Below the pieces are notes generated by a model that saw only the letters and a program-made list of their open reading frames with translations, made no database searches and was not told where the DNA came from. From Rhodanobacteraceae bacterium (GTDB lineage Bacteria; Pseudomonadota; Gammaproteobacteria; Xanthomonadales; Rhodanobacteraceae), in contig JAICJG010000001.1 in the NCBI GenBank assembly GCA_025928585.1, forward strand, positions 548 to 64,547: 64,000 nt of DNA, written 5' to 3'. Below are positions 25,903 to 36,467 of this stretch, one piece after another (the first letter of the stretch is position 1; each line of letters begins with the position of its first letter). Both the position numbers and the translations under genes were made by a program.

Positions 25903-28197
25903 ATGAATGCAATCAAGACCCCGGTCCCGGCGCGCCACAAGGGCTTCAACCGCGCGGAAATCGTCGACGCAAACTTCTCGGAGTTCGTGCAGGCATGGCA
26001 AGGCCGTGCGTTGCCGGCGCCGCGCGGCGGCGATCCGGTGCTGCCGGGCAGTGCCTGCACCGCGCGCGATTTCCGCGAGTTGTTCGAGTCGCAACTGATC
26101 TCTCGCCATCTGGATTTGATGGCGCGCGTGCTGCGCGTGCAGAACAAGGTCTTCTACACCATCGGGTCCTCTGGGCACGAAGGCAACGCGATGGTCGCGC
26201 GGCTGACGCGGCATACGGATCCCGCGTTCCTGCACTACCGCTCCGGCGCCTTCATGGCCGAGCGCTCCCGCAAGCTTCCGGGCATCGACCCGGTGGCCGA
26301 CTCCGCCCTGAGTTTCGCTGCTAGCAAGGAGGACCCGGCCTCCGGCGGGCGCCACAAGGTGTGGGGATCGAAGCCGTTGTGGGTGCTGCCCCAGACGTCC
26401 ACGATCGCCTCGCACCTGCCGAAAGCGTTCGGCACCGCGGTCGCGATCGAGCAGGCGCCACGGATCGGACACCCGCTGCCGGTGCCGAAGGACTCGATCG
26501 TGATCTGCTCGTTCGGCGATGCCTCGAGCAACCACGCGACCGCGCAGGTGGCGTTCAATGCCGCGGCCTACACCGCCTACCAGCGGCTGCCGGCGCCGGT
26601 GCTGTTCGTGTGCGAGGACAACGGCATCGGCATTTCGGTGAAAACGCCGTCCGGCTGGATCGCGAACAATTTCCGCGATCGCAAGGACCTCGACTACTTC
26701 TTCGCCGACGGACTCGATCTCGCGGAGGGCTACGCGCAGGTGCAGCGCGCGGTCGAGCATTGCCGCGGCACGCGCCGGCCGACCTTCCTGCACCTGAAGA
26801 CGACGCGCCTCGCCGGCCACGCCGGCACCGATTTCGAGATCGAATGGCGCAGCTTCGAGGAGCTGACGGCGCTCGAAGCCACCGATCCCCTGCTGCGCTC
26901 GGCCTCGATCGCACTCGAGTCCGGGTTGTACACGTCGGAAGCGTTGCTCGACGAATACGAGGCGATCCGCAAGCGCTGTTTCGCCGCGGCGGAAGCGGCC
27001 TACGATCGCCCGAAGCTCGCGACGCTCGAGGAAGTGATGCAACCGCTGGCGCCGTATTCGCCGGAGGCCGTCGCCGACGAGGCCGTGCGCGCGGATTACG
27101 CGGAGCGGCGGATCGCCGTGTTCGGTGGCAAGGACAAGCTGCCGGAAACGCAGCCGCCGCGGCACCTCGCGCTGCAGATCAATGCCGCCCTGCACGAGCT
27201 GCTCGCCAAGTATCCGGAGTCGCTGGTGTTCGGCGAGGATGTGGCGCAGAAGGGCGGCGTGTACACCTTGACGCGCGGGCTCTACAAGGCGTTCAAGGGC
27301 GCGCGGGTGTTCAACACCCTGCTGGACGAAACGACGATCCTCGGCCTCGCGCAGGGCTACGCCAACATGGGCATGCTGCCGATCCCCGAGATCCAGTACC
27401 TCGCGTATTTCCACAACGCCTGCGACCAGATCCGCGGCGAGGCGGCCTCGCTGCAATTCTTCTCGAACGACCAGTTCCGCAACCCGTTGCTGGTGCGGAT
27501 CGCCTCGCTCGGTTACCAGAAGGGATTCGGCGGGCATTTCCACAACGACAACTCGATCGCCGGGCTGCGCGACATCCCGGGGCTCGTGGTGGGCTGTCCC
27601 TCGCGCGGCGACGATGCCGCGACGATGCTCCGGACTCTTGCGGCCTTGTGCAAGGTCGACGGCCGGGTGTGCGTGTTCCTCGAACCGATCGCGCTGTACA
27701 TGACCAAGGACCGTTACGAAGCCGGGGACGGCCAGTGGCAGTTCGAATACCCCGCGCCCGGTGAAGCCATGCCCCTGGGCGAGGGCCGCGTGTACAACGA
27801 AGCAGCCGAAGACCTCGTGATCTTCACCTTCGGCAACGGTGTGCCGATGAGCCTGCGCGCCGCCCGCGAAATCGAGAGGCAGCGCAAGTGGCAGGTGCGG
27901 GTGGTCGACCTGCGCTGGCTGCTGCCGTTGAACGAAGCCTTCATCGCCGCGCAGGCGAAGACCGCGAAGCGAATCCTCGTCGTGGACGAGGGTCGCAGGA
28001 GCGCAGGGGTGGGCGAGGGCATCCTTACCGCGCTGGTCGAGGCCGGACTCGGCGACAAGCCGATCGCGCGGGTGGTGGGCGCCGATACCTACACGCCGCT
28101 CGCCGGGGCGGCCTTGCTGGTACTGCCTGGGGAGCCCGACATCGTGGCGGCGGCGGGCAAGCTGGCGCGGGCCCACGGGCGCCGCAAACGCCCATGA
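25903..28197 (+). CDS. Fused alpha/beta thiamine-diphosphate-dependent 2-oxoacid dehydrogenase E1 component
   Basis: ATG at 25903. The N-terminal half is E1-alpha-like (GSSGHEGNA, ICSFGDASSNHATAQ, FVCEDNGIGISV). The C-terminal half is E1-beta/transketolase-like (VFGEDVAQKGGVYTLTRGL, RVFNTLLDETTILGLAQG, VVDLRWLLPL). It is 764 aa in one frame. Confidence 0.85.
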   Translation: MNAIKTPVPARHKGFNRAEIVDANFSEFVQAWQGRALPAPRGGDPVLPGSACTARDFRELFESQLISRHLDLMARVLRVQNKVFYTIGSSGHEGNAMVARLTRHTDPAFLHYRSGAFMAERSRKLPGIDPVADSALSFAASKEDPASGGRHKVWGSKPLWVLPQTSTIASHLPKAFGTAVAIEQAPRIGHPLPVPKDSIVICSFGDASSNHATAQVAFNAAAYTAYQRLPAPVLFVCEDNGIGISVKTPSGWIANNFRDRKDLDYFFADGLDLAEGYAQVQRAVEHCRGTRRPTFLHLKTTRLAGHAGTDFEIEWRSFEELTALEATDPLLRSASIALESGLYTSEALLDEYEAIRKRCFAAAEAAYDRPKLATLEEVMQPLAPYSPEAVADEAVRADYAERRIAVFGGKDKLPETQPPRHLALQINAALHELLAKYPESLVFGEDVAQKGGVYTLTRGLYKAFKGARVFNTLLDETTILGLAQGYANMGMLPIPEIQYLAYFHNACDQIRGEAASLQFFSNDQFRNPLLVRIASLGYQKGFGGHFHNDNSIAGLRDIPGLVVGCPSRGDDAATMLRTLAALCKVDGRVCVFLEPIALYMTKDRYEAGDGQWQFEYPAPGEAMPLGEGRVYNEAAEDLVIFTFGNGVPMSLRAAREIERQRKWQVRVVDLRWLLPLNEAFIAAQAKTAKRILVVDEGRRSAGVGEGILTALVEAGLGDKPIARVVGADTYTPLAGAALLVLPGEPDIVAAAGKLARAHGRRKRP

Positions 28198-28293
28198 CCA
28201 TCGTCGCCAACGTTTGTGGTCCCGGCGCGACCGCCGCGCCGGCGACGCGATGACCCGGGCCGTCGCCCCCGTGCTGCGCTTCGATCCCTGCGC

Positions 28294-29541
28294 ATGGACT
28301 TGAATCCGGCCAGCGGCAACGGCGCCGTCGGGCCGGTGGCGCCGGTCCGTGCGGCCGCGGCGCGCGGGCCGACCCGCTATGGCCCGTTGGTCGCCGTCAG
28401 CTTCGTGCACGTCCTGAACGACATGATGCAGTCGGTGATCGTCGCGATCTATCCGCTGCTGAAGGGCGAGTTCGACCTCGGATTCTTCCAGATCGGCGCG
28501 ATCACGCTGACCTTCCAGTTGACCGCGTCGCTGCTGCAGCCGGTGGTCGGCATGGTTACCGACCGGAAGCCGTTGCCGTACTCGTTGCCGATCGGGATGT
28601 GTTTCACGCTGGGCGGCTTGTTGCTGCTCTCGGTGGCGCCGTCGTATCCGGTGCTGCTGGCGGCGGTGGCGCTGATTGGCTGCGGGTCCTCGGTATTCCA
28701 TCCCGAGTCCTCGCGCGTCGCGCGGATGGCGTCGGGCGGGCGCTACGGTTTCGCGCAATCGGTCTTCCAGATCGGCGGCAACATCGGCCAGGCGCTGGGG
28801 CCGCTGCTCGCGGCCGCGATCGTGCTGAAGCTCGGGCGCTCGCACGTGGGCTGGTTCGGACTCGCGGCACTGCTCGCGATCGTGATCCTCCTGCAGGTCA
28901 GCCGCTGGTACAGCCGGCACGTGGATGAGCGGGTCCGTAAGCGCCACCCGGACGAGAGGCCGCTGTTCCCGGCGCCAGTGGTGCGGCGGACAATCGGGGT
29001 ACTGCTGATCCTGATGTTCTCGAAGTTCTTCTATCTCGCGAGCATCAGCAGCTATTACGAGTTTTACCTTATGCACCGCTTCGGCCTGTCGGCGCATGCA
29101 TCCGCGAACTTGCTCGGAGTGTTCCTGTTTGCCGTCGCGGCCGGCACGCTGATCGGCGGCCCGTTGGGCGATCGCATCGGGCGCCGGCGGGTGATCTGGT
29201 TCTCGATTCTCGGCTGCGCGCCTTTCACGCTGCTGCTGCCGCACGTGGGTCTCGGCTGGACGGTGGGCCTGAGCGTCGTGATCGGGCTGGTCCTCTCCTC
29301 GGCGTTTCCGGCGATCATCGTGTATGCGCAGGACATGCTCAGCCACCGGATCGGCATGATCTCCGGGATGTTCTACGGATTCAGCTTCGGCCTCGGCGGG
29401 ATCGGCGCCGCCGTACTCGGCGCGGTCGCCGACCATTACGGGATCGTGTTCGTGTACCAGGTCTGCGCGTTTCTGCCGCTGCTCGGCTTGCTGGCCGTTT
29501 TCCTGCCCGACGTGCGGCCGCCGGACGCTGCCGGCACGTAA
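28294..29541 (+). CDS. fsr: MFS transporter, fosmidomycin-resistance protein family
   Basis: HVLNDMMQSVIVAIYPLLKGEFDLGFFQIGAITLTFQLTASLLQPVVGMVTDRKPLPYSLPIGMCFTLGG...GSSVFHPESSRVARMASGGRYGFAQSVFQIGGN closely follows my recollection of the E. coli Fsr sequence. Confidence 0.88.
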   Translation: MDLNPASGNGAVGPVAPVRAAAARGPTRYGPLVAVSFVHVLNDMMQSVIVAIYPLLKGEFDLGFFQIGAITLTFQLTASLLQPVVGMVTDRKPLPYSLPIGMCFTLGGLLLLSVAPSYPVLLAAVALIGCGSSVFHPESSRVARMASGGRYGFAQSVFQIGGNIGQALGPLLAAAIVLKLGRSHVGWFGLAALLAIVILLQVSRWYSRHVDERVRKRHPDERPLFPAPVVRRTIGVLLILMFSKFFYLASISSYYEFYLMHRFGLSAHASANLLGVFLFAVAAGTLIGGPLGDRIGRRRVIWFSILGCAPFTLLLPHVGLGWTVGLSVVIGLVLSSAFPAIIVYAQDMLSHRIGMISGMFYGFSFGLGGIGAAVLGAVADHYGIVFVYQVCAFLPLLGLLAVFLPDVRPPDAAGT

Positions 29542-29680
29542 GCCGGACCCGCTGCGTGCCGGAACTCACAAGCCGCGCTGTGGTCTCAGGGGATTGCATT
29601 GCGCGTGGCAGCGCATCCGCGTGTCCGTTACCCTTGCGGCAAAGCCGGCCGTCGGCACGATTGAACGAGTGAGGAAATCC

Positions 29681-30442
29681 ATGGCCCTGCGTTCCCGTAA
29701 TCCCGTCCTGCGCGAGAAGTTCTTCCAGAGCCTGCCGGCCACCGCCGAGCCGATGACCTTGAACGGCACGCTGGTTCGCACCGGCCTGCTGCTGGTGCTG
29801 ATGCTGATCACCGGCGGCTGGACCTGGAACCATTTCATGAGCACCGCCGCGGTTGGCGGGCTCGCTGCCGGTGCGGCTGCGAGCCAGCCGTTCCTGTGGG
29901 GCGGCGTGATCGTCGGCTTCATCCTCGCGATGGCTTCTGCATTCAAGCCGAACTGGACGCCGGTGACGGCGCCGCTGTACGCGATCGCCGAAGGCACCTT
30001 TCTCGGCGCGATCTCGGCGATGTTCGAGGTGCGCTACCACGGCATCGTCGTGCAGGCCGTGCTGGCCTCGATCGGCGTGCTGGTGGTGATGCTGCTGCTC
30101 TACCGCAGCGGCGTCGTCAAGGTGACCCAGAAGTTCCGGATGGGCGTGTATGCGGCGACCGGCGGGATCATGCTCCTGTACCTCGTGCAGTGGGGACTGT
30201 CCGCGTTCACCAGCTACAGCATGCCGTTCGTCTTCGGCGGCGGCACCTTCGGCATCCTGTTCAGTCTGTTCGTGGTCGGCATCGCGGCCCTGAACCTGGT
30301 GCTGGACTTTGACCTGGTGGAACGCGCGACGGCTGCGGGCGCGCCGAGGTACATGGAGTGGTATTGCGCGTTCGCGCTGATGGTCACGCTGGTCTGGCTG
30401 TACCTCGAGTTGCTGCGGCTGCTGGGCAATACCCGGCGGTGA
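29681..30442 (+). CDS. Bax inhibitor-1/YccA-like membrane protein (BaxI_1 type)
   Basis: ATG at 29681, preceded by GAGGAA. The N-terminus MALRSRNPVLRE is followed by about 7 hydrophobic helices. Confidence 0.6.
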   Translation: MALRSRNPVLREKFFQSLPATAEPMTLNGTLVRTGLLLVLMLITGGWTWNHFMSTAAVGGLAAGAAASQPFLWGGVIVGFILAMASAFKPNWTPVTAPLYAIAEGTFLGAISAMFEVRYHGIVVQAVLASIGVLVVMLLLYRSGVVKVTQKFRMGVYAATGGIMLLYLVQWGLSAFTSYSMPFVFGGGTFGILFSLFVVGIAALNLVLDFDLVERATAAGAPRYMEWYCAFALMVTLVWLYLELLRLLGNTRR

Positions 30443-30590
30443 TGTGCACGGGCGGCTTCATTCGAAGCGGCTGGTTGTCGAAAGTCAGGCCATGGATGGC
30501 CGTTCTGCTGCAGGCTGACCTGCTTGCCACCAAGGCAGGACAGGACTTCAACGAAACAGCGACCAGGGAGGATCGCAAGGGAACGCACCC

Positions 30591-30911
30591 ATGATCATCG
30601 TGACGAGTGAACATGTAGCCGGCTACAAGGTCACCGAGACCAAGGGGCAGGTGTTCGGCCTGGTGGTGCGCAGCCGCGGCATCGGCGGCAACGTGATGGC
30701 GGGATTGCGTTCGATCGTCGGCGGCGAGATCAGCGAGTACACCCAGATGCTGGAGGAGGCGCGCCGCCACGCCACCGACCGCATGGTCCAGAATGCCCAG
30801 GCGATGGGCGCGAACGCCGTGGTGACGATGCGCTTCGATTCCTCGGAAATCGGCCAGACCATGAGCGAAATCGTGGCGTACGGCACGGCGGTCGTGATCG
30901 AGAAGTCCTGA
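30591..30911 (+). CDS. YbjQ/UPF0145 family protein
   Basis: Contains MIIVTSEHVAGYKVTETKGQVFGLVVRSRGIGGNVMAGLRSIVGGEISEYTQMLEEARRHATDRMVQNAQAMGANAVVTMRFDSSEI. The family pattern holds along the full length. Confidence 0.88.
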   Translation: MIIVTSEHVAGYKVTETKGQVFGLVVRSRGIGGNVMAGLRSIVGGEISEYTQMLEEARRHATDRMVQNAQAMGANAVVTMRFDSSEIGQTMSEIVAYGTAVVIEKS

Positions 30912-30914
30912 GCG

Positions 30915-31226
30915 ATGCTGGCCATCGCGCTCTACGTGCTGGGTGCATTGCTGCTGGTGGTCGCGGCGGTCGCGCTCCTGGTCGGCGGCACGCTGATGTT
31001 GTTCCTGCCGCAACTCATCCTCGGTGGCTTGTCCCTGATCGTCGCGCTCGCGATCGAGCGCTGGCGCTACAAGCCGGTGAGCATCGCACCGCCCGATCCA
31101 CGCTGGACCGACACCGGGGAACGTTTCGTGGATCCGGGAACGGGCCTCATGACGGCCGTGTATTTCGATCCCGCCAAGGGCGAGCGGCATTATGTCGGTC
31201 TGCCGGGATCGAACACGACCCCGTAG
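30915..31226 (+). CDS. Small hypothetical membrane protein
   Basis: Starts 3 nt after the ybjQ-like stop. It has two hydrophobic helices (LAIALYVLGALLLVVAAVALLVGG and LILGGLSLIVALAI). No family was recognised. Confidence 0.5.
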   Translation: MLAIALYVLGALLLVVAAVALLVGGTLMLFLPQLILGGLSLIVALAIERWRYKPVSIAPPDPRWTDTGERFVDPGTGLMTAVYFDPAKGERHYVGLPGSNTTP

Positions 31227-31458
31227 GCTGGCTTGAGGTCAAGGCTCCGGAGCCGGCGTCGTCGGAATCGTTGCGTTTCCGTTCCCGCGCGCCATGCCGG
31301 TTCCGTCGCTGCGCTCCTTGAACCGCGCGGTTGTAGGCCGGCGCCGGGGCGAAGGCCGGAGCCGGCAGCCCCGGCCAGTGCTGCTTCGGCGCCGGCGGGG
31401 GCGCGGTGCAAGCGGCCGGTCCGCGCTACAGCGGCCCTTCCTCGGGCCGGGCACCGCG

Positions 31459-32499
31459 TCAGGCGGAGCCGCCTCCAATGATCCGCGGTTCCGGTTCGAG
31501 CCCGATATCGAAACGCTCGCGTACGCCCTGCCGAACGCGTTGCGCGAGCGCCCAGAGCTCGGCGCCGGAGGCATGGCCGTGGTTCACCAGCACCAGTGCA
31601 TGGCGGTTCGAAATGCCCGCATCACCATATCGCAAGCCCTTGAATCCGCAAGTTTCTATCAGCCACGCAGCCGACAACTTCGAACCGCCGTCGGTGCGCC
31701 AGCAGGGCAGTTGCGGGTATTCGCCGCGCAACCTGGCAACCCGCGATGCCGTGACGACCGGATTCTTGAAGAAGCTGCCGGCGTTGCCGATCATGGCGGG
31801 GTCGGGGAGCTTGCGGGTGCGCAGGTTCACCACCGCGTCGGCGACGTGAATCGGCGCCGGGTTCGTGACGCCCATCCGCTCCAGTTCCTCGCGCAGCCCG
31901 GCATACTCGACGCGGGGCGCGTCGGTACGCGGCAGGCGCAGGGTCACCGCGGTGATCAACCAGCGGTCCGGATGCCGCTTGAAGACCGAATCGCGGTAGC
32001 CGAATTCGCACTGCCCGTTGTCGAAGCGGACTTCGCGGTGCACGCGCAGGTCGAAGGCATCGACCGATTCGATGCGTTCGCCGGCCTCGACCCCGTAGGC
32101 GCCGATGTTCTGCATGGGAGCCGCGCCGACGCTGCCCGGAATCAGGATCAGGTTCTCGAGCCCCGGGAAACCGTGCGCAAGCGTCCAGCGCACCAGATCA
32201 TCCCAGTGTTCACCCGCAGCGACCCGGATGCGCACAGCATCGGCTTCTTCGGAAAGGACCTCGACGCCGCGGGTTTTCATCGTCACGATCAGCCCGTCGA
32301 AATCGTCCGCGAAGAGCACATTCGAGCCTTCGCCGAGCAGCAATGGCGGTTTGCCGCGCAGGGCAGGGTCGGCAAGCAGCGCCGGGATCGCGGCGGCGCG
32401 GTGGATCTCGGCCAGCCACGCCGCGCGCGCGTCCACACGCAAGGTATTGCGATGGAGCAGCGAAGCACCTTCGGTCAACGTGAAACCGGCGGGCGCCAT
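31459..32499 (-). CDS. murB: UDP-N-acetylenolpyruvoylglucosamine reductase
   Basis: ATG at 32499 (MAPAGFTL...). Contains LLLGEGSNVLF, GLENLILIPGSVGAAPMQNIGAYG, GNAGSFFKNP and AAWLIE.CGFKG. Confidence 0.92.
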   Translation of the reverse strand: MAPAGFTLTEGASLLHRNTLRVDARAAWLAEIHRAAAIPALLADPALRGKPPLLLGEGSNVLFADDFDGLIVTMKTRGVEVLSEEADAVRIRVAAGEHWDDLVRWTLAHGFPGLENLILIPGSVGAAPMQNIGAYGVEAGERIESVDAFDLRVHREVRFDNGQCEFGYRDSVFKRHPDRWLITAVTLRLPRTDAPRVEYAGLREELERMGVTNPAPIHVADAVVNLRTRKLPDPAMIGNAGSFFKNPVVTASRVARLRGEYPQLPCWRTDGGSKLSAAWLIETCGFKGLRYGDAGISNRHALVLVNHGHASGAELWALAQRVRQGVRERFDIGLEPEPRIIGGGSA

Positions 32500-32507
32500 C
32501 GGGACAA

Positions 32508-32541
32508 CTCCCTCCCCTTCAAGGGGAGGGTGGCGGTGGGG
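32508..32541. repeat. REP-like GC hairpin, family A (cctcccctt-c-aaggggagg followed by gtggcggtgggg)
   Basis: A 9-bp perfect stem was read directly. It lies between the pyrD stop and the murB start. Confidence 0.8.
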
Positions 32542-32561
32542 ACGGTGTTCGTCGCCGGTCC

Positions 32562-33602
32562 TCACGTGGCCTCCGATTCGAGCTGCTGCCTGCGGATTTC
32601 TTCCACACACTCCGTCAGCAACCATGGGCCCCGGAAGATCAGCCCGGAATAGATTTGCACCAGCGTCGCGCCGGCCGCGATCTTGTCGGCCGCGTCACTG
32701 CCGCTCAGGATGCCACCCACCCCGACCAACGGAAGCTTGCCGCCCAGGCGCCGGGCCATGCCGCGCAACACTTCGGTGGAAGGTTCGAACAGTGGTTTTC
32801 CGGAAAGACCGCCGGCTTCGCTTGCGTGCAGCTCCCCGGCGACAGCCGCGTGGTCGATGGTGGTGTTGGTGCAGATCAGTCCGTCGATGCCGGAATCCGC
32901 CACCGCCGCGGCGATCGCGTCCATTGCCATGCCGTCGAGATCGGGTGCGATTTTCAGCAGGAGGGGCTTGCGTGCCTGATGGCGGGCGGCGAGTTGCTCG
33001 CGCGATTCCATCAACGCTCCGATCAGCCGCGGCAGCGAATCGGCCGCCTGCAATTCGCGCAGCCCGGGGGTGTTCGGCGAGGACACATTGACCGTGACGT
33101 AGCTGGCGAGGGGATACACGCGTTCGAGGCAGGCGAGGTAGTCGTCGGCGGCGCGCTCGTTCGGCGTGTCCTTGTTCTTGCCGATGTTGATGCCGAGCAC
33201 CCCGCGCCATTGCGCCCGCTCGACGTTCCGTGCCAGCGCATCGACGCCGTCGTTGTTGAAGCCCATCCGGTTGATGAGGGCTTCCTGTCGGGGCAGCCGG
33301 AACAGGCGCGGTTTGGGGTTGCCCGGTTGCGGCCGTGGCGTCACCGTGCCGATCTCGATGAACCCGAAGCCGAGCGCGCCGAGCGCGTCGAGGTGCGCGC
33401 CGTTCTTGTCCAGCCCGGCCGCAAGCCCCACCGGGTTGGGGAAATCGATTCCGAAAGCCCGCACCGGCAGGTCCGCGGGCGGCGGGTGCGCGACGAACCG
33501 CATCAGGTTGCTGCGCTGCGCGACGCCGAGCGCGTACAGGGTCAGGCCGTGCGCGGCCTCCGCCTCCAGCGTGAACAGCAACGGGCGCAGCGTCGCGTAC
33601 AT
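32562..33602 (-). CDS. pyrD: Dihydroorotate dehydrogenase (quinone), class 2
   Basis: Contains [59 protein letters not shown]-like [15 protein letters not shown] and GVGGI.SG.DA..KI.AGA.LVQIYSG. Confidence 0.95.
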   Translation of the reverse strand: MYATLRPLLFTLEAEAAHGLTLYALGVAQRSNLMRFVAHPPPADLPVRAFGIDFPNPVGLAAGLDKNGAHLDALGALGFGFIEIGTVTPRPQPGNPKPRLFRLPRQEALINRMGFNNDGVDALARNVERAQWRGVLGINIGKNKDTPNERAADDYLACLERVYPLASYVTVNVSSPNTPGLRELQAADSLPRLIGALMESREQLAARHQARKPLLLKIAPDLDGMAMDAIAAAVADSGIDGLICTNTTIDHAAVAGELHASEAGGLSGKPLFEPSTEVLRGMARRLGGKLPLVGVGGILSGSDAADKIAAGATLVQIYSGLIFRGPWLLTECVEEIRRQQLESEAT

Positions 33603-33605
33603 CGG

Positions 33606-33890
33606 TCAATGCAGTCCGTGGAACGCGATGGCGCCGGCGATGAAAAGGGCAGCGAATGCGACCGCGACGACCACGCAGGCGATCTGAATCCACCCGAGGA
33701 TCAGTCCGGCGAGAGCCATGCCATCGCCCTCGATGCTGCCCGGCGGCGAGCGGCGGATTTCCGAGCGCGCCGAGTGCCCGCAGATCACCGCCACCAGCGC
33801 TCCGACGCCAGGCAGGAAGACGTATGCGAGGACCCCGAAAATCAGGCTGACCACCGCCAGCGAACTCGTGCGCGGGTACACCGTATTCAT
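33606..33890 (-). CDS. DUF4190-like small membrane protein
   Basis: Has two hydrophobic hairpin segments (LAVVSLIFGVLAYVFLPGVGALVAVICGHSARSEI and MALAGLILGWIQIACVVVAVAFAALF). Confidence 0.6.
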   Translation of the reverse strand: MNTVYPRTSSLAVVSLIFGVLAYVFLPGVGALVAVICGHSARSEIRRSPPGSIEGDGMALAGLILGWIQIACVVVAVAFAALFIAGAIAFHGLH

Positions 33891-33954
33891 GGATGGGCTG
33901 CTTCCGTTGGTACCGCGCTATGGTCGCATACCCGCGGCAGCCGCGCCGCGGGTT

Positions 33955-34719
33955 TCAGAACCGCAGCGACTGCCCGCCGTCGACAACCATGATCTGCCCA
34001 GTGATCCAGCCGGCGAGTGGCGAAGCAAGGAACAGCGCGAGTTGCGCGACTTCCCTGGCGGTCCCGAAGCGTCCGAACGGAATCGTCGCCAGCACCTGCG
34101 CGTACTGCTCGGGCTTCTCGTGCTTGACCCGGTCCCACACGCCGCCTTCGAATTCGATCGAGCCGGGCGCGATCGCGTTGACGCGGATGCGGTCGCCCGC
34201 CAGCGCGAGCGCTTGGGTGCGGGTGTAGTGGTTCAGCGCGGCCTTCATCGCCGCGTACGGCGGGCCCATGGTGCGCGGCCGCAGCGAGCCGATCGAACTC
34301 GTGTGCAGGATGCACGGATGGGGCGAGCGTCGCAGGTGCGGGAGGGCATGGCGCGAAGCGCGCACCGCGGCCATCAGATCGACGTTGAAATCGACCAGCC
34401 ACGACTCGTCGTCTTCACGAAAGCCATAGCCGGTGGCGTTGTTGACGAGCACGTCCAGCCCGTCCATCGCCCGCGCCGCGTCCTCGATCCAGCGCTCGAT
34501 CTGGTCCGCATCGGCCAGGTCGCAACGCTGTGTGTGCAGGCGTTCCGGAGGGGCACCGGCATCCCGGCGCAACGCATCGAGACCTTCCTGTCCGCGCGCG
34601 CACGCCGCCACCGAGGCGCCCGCTTCGAGAAAACCAAGTGCCATGGCGCGGCCGATGCCGCGGCTGCCGCCGGCGATGGCGACCCGGTAGCTCGTGAAAT
34701 CGAAGGCTGGTGCCGTCAC
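33955..34719 (-). CDS. Short-chain dehydrogenase/reductase (SDR)
   Basis: A GTG at 34719 preceded by GCGAGG gives MTAPAFDFTSYRVAIAGGSRGIGRAMA. Contains NNATG, the Y-x3-K motif (YAAMKAAL) and PGSIEF. The upstream part of the track ORF (to 34971) is rejected. Confidence 0.85.
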   Translation of the reverse strand: MTAPAFDFTSYRVAIAGGSRGIGRAMALGFLEAGASVAACARGQEGLDALRRDAGAPPERLHTQRCDLADADQIERWIEDAARAMDGLDVLVNNATGYGFREDDESWLVDFNVDLMAAVRASRHALPHLRRSPHPCILHTSSIGSLRPRTMGPPYAAMKAALNHYTRTQALALAGDRIRVNAIAPGSIEFEGGVWDRVKHEKPEQYAQVLATIPFGRFGTAREVAQLALFLASPLAGWITGQIMVVDGGQSLRF

Positions 34720-34813
34720 TGCATTGCCTCGCACTGCCTTTGGCGCCCCGATGCCGCGAGCTGTTTCGCTTCCCCTAGAAGGAGAGGGCGCTTGCTCAGG
34801 ATGCTCGACGCGC

Positions 34814-36346
34814 TCACAGATCGAACTTGATTCCCTGCGCCAACGGCAGCGCATCCGACCAGTTGATGGTGTTGGTCTGCCGGCGCATGTAGGCCTTCCA
34901 CGCGTCGGAACCCGATTCGCGGCCTCCGCCCGTTTCCTTCTCTCCACCGAACGCGCCGCCGATTTCGGCACCGGACGTTCCGATGTTGACGTTGGCGATG
35001 CCGCAGTCGGACCCTTTTGCCGAAAGGTACTGCTCCGCGACCTTCAAGTTCTGGGTGAAGATCGCGCTCGACAATCCCTGCGGCACGTCGTTCTGCATCG
35101 CGATCGCGTCGTCCAGCGTCTCGAACGGCATCACGTACAGGATCGGCGCGAAGGTTTCGGTCTGCACGATCTCGTCGGAATTCTTGACGCCGGTGATGAT
35201 GGTCGGTTCGACGAAGTTGCCCTTGCGCTCGAGCACCGAACCGCCACTGACGATCCGTGCCCCGCCGGCCTTGGCGGTCTTCACGGCTGCCGCAAACTGC
35301 TCGACCGCGGCCTCGCTGTTCAGCGGCCCCATCAGGGTATGCGGATCGGTGGGGTCGCCGATCTTTTTCTCGACCTGCTGGTAGGCATGGCGCAGCTTGT
35401 CCAGCACGTCGTCGATGATCGATTCGTGCACGAACAGCCGACGGGTGCTGGTGCAGCGCTGGCCTGCGGTGCCGACCGCACCGAACACGATCGCCGGGAT
35501 CGCGAGCTTCAGGTCGGCGGAGGCATCCAGGATGATCGCATTGTTGCCGCCGAGTTCCAGCAGCGAGCGACCCATCCGCGCGGCCACGCGCTCGCCGACG
35601 ATGCGGCCGACCTTCGTCGAACCGGTGAAGCTGATCAGCGCGATCCGCTTGTCGTCCACGAACTTCTTCGCGAGCTCGGTGCCGGCATCGTTGATGAGGT
35701 AGAAGATCTCCGGAAAGCCGCCGGCTTTCAGGGCCTCGTTGCAGATCCGGATGGTGGCGATTGCCGACAGCGGCGTTTTCGGCGAGGGCTTCCATATGCA
35801 CACGTCGCCGCAGGCGGCGGCGATGAAGGCATTCCAGCTCCACACCGCGACCGGGAAGTTGAAGGCGCTGATGATGCCGACCAGGCCGAGCGGATGCCAC
35901 TGCTCGTACATCCGGTGGCCGGGGCGCTCGGAATGCATCGCGTTGCCGTACAGCATTCGCGACTGGCCGAGCGCGAAATCGGCGATGTCGATCATTTCCT
36001 GCACTTCGCCGTCGCCCTCCGGCTTGATCTTGCCCATCTCCAGCGCGACCAGCGATCCCAGCGCGTTCTTGTGCTCGCGCAGCGCCTGCGCACAGAGGCG
36101 AATGGCCTCGCCCCGCCGTGGCGCGGGCGTCTTGCACCATTCGCCGAAGGCCTTGCTCGCGTTCGCGATGACCGTCTCATAGTCGGCGTCGCTGGAGGCA
36201 TACACTTTGGCCAACGGCTCGTTCGTGGCAGGATTCACCGGTTCCAGCACGCCGCCATCGGTCGTTTTCGACCACTCCCCGTTGCCGACGAAGGTGCCGG
36301 AATTGGTGTCGGCGAGGCCGAGCGCGGAAAGAATCGCGTGGGACAT
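34814..36346 (-). CDS. ALDH7-type aldehyde dehydrogenase (piperideine-6-carboxylate / alpha-aminoadipic semialdehyde dehydrogenase-like)
   Basis: ATG at 36346 ([11 protein letters not shown]...). Contains [41 protein letters not shown] and the C-terminal [26 protein letters not shown] typical of the ALDH7 clade. Confidence 0.88.
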   Translation of the reverse strand: MSHAILSALGLADTNSGTFVGNGEWSKTTDGGVLEPVNPATNEPLAKVYASSDADYETVIANASKAFGEWCKTPAPRRGEAIRLCAQALREHKNALGSLVALEMGKIKPEGDGEVQEMIDIADFALGQSRMLYGNAMHSERPGHRMYEQWHPLGLVGIISAFNFPVAVWSWNAFIAAACGDVCIWKPSPKTPLSAIATIRICNEALKAGGFPEIFYLINDAGTELAKKFVDDKRIALISFTGSTKVGRIVGERVAARMGRSLLELGGNNAIILDASADLKLAIPAIVFGAVGTAGQRCTSTRRLFVHESIIDDVLDKLRHAYQQVEKKIGDPTDPHTLMGPLNSEAAVEQFAAAVKTAKAGGARIVSGGSVLERKGNFVEPTIITGVKNSDEIVQTETFAPILYVMPFETLDDAIAMQNDVPQGLSSAIFTQNLKVAEQYLSAKGSDCGIANVNIGTSGAEIGGAFGGEKETGGGRESGSDAWKAYMRRQTNTINWSDALPLAQGIKFDL

Positions 36347-36467
36347 GGATGCTCCTGGAGCCGCAACGGGCAATTGCTTCGAATGAGCCGCGCATTGTAG
36401 CAGCGACCGTTTCGCAACTTCGGCGCGGCTTGGTCAACCACTCCAGCGACAGTGCGTTATCGGAGGC

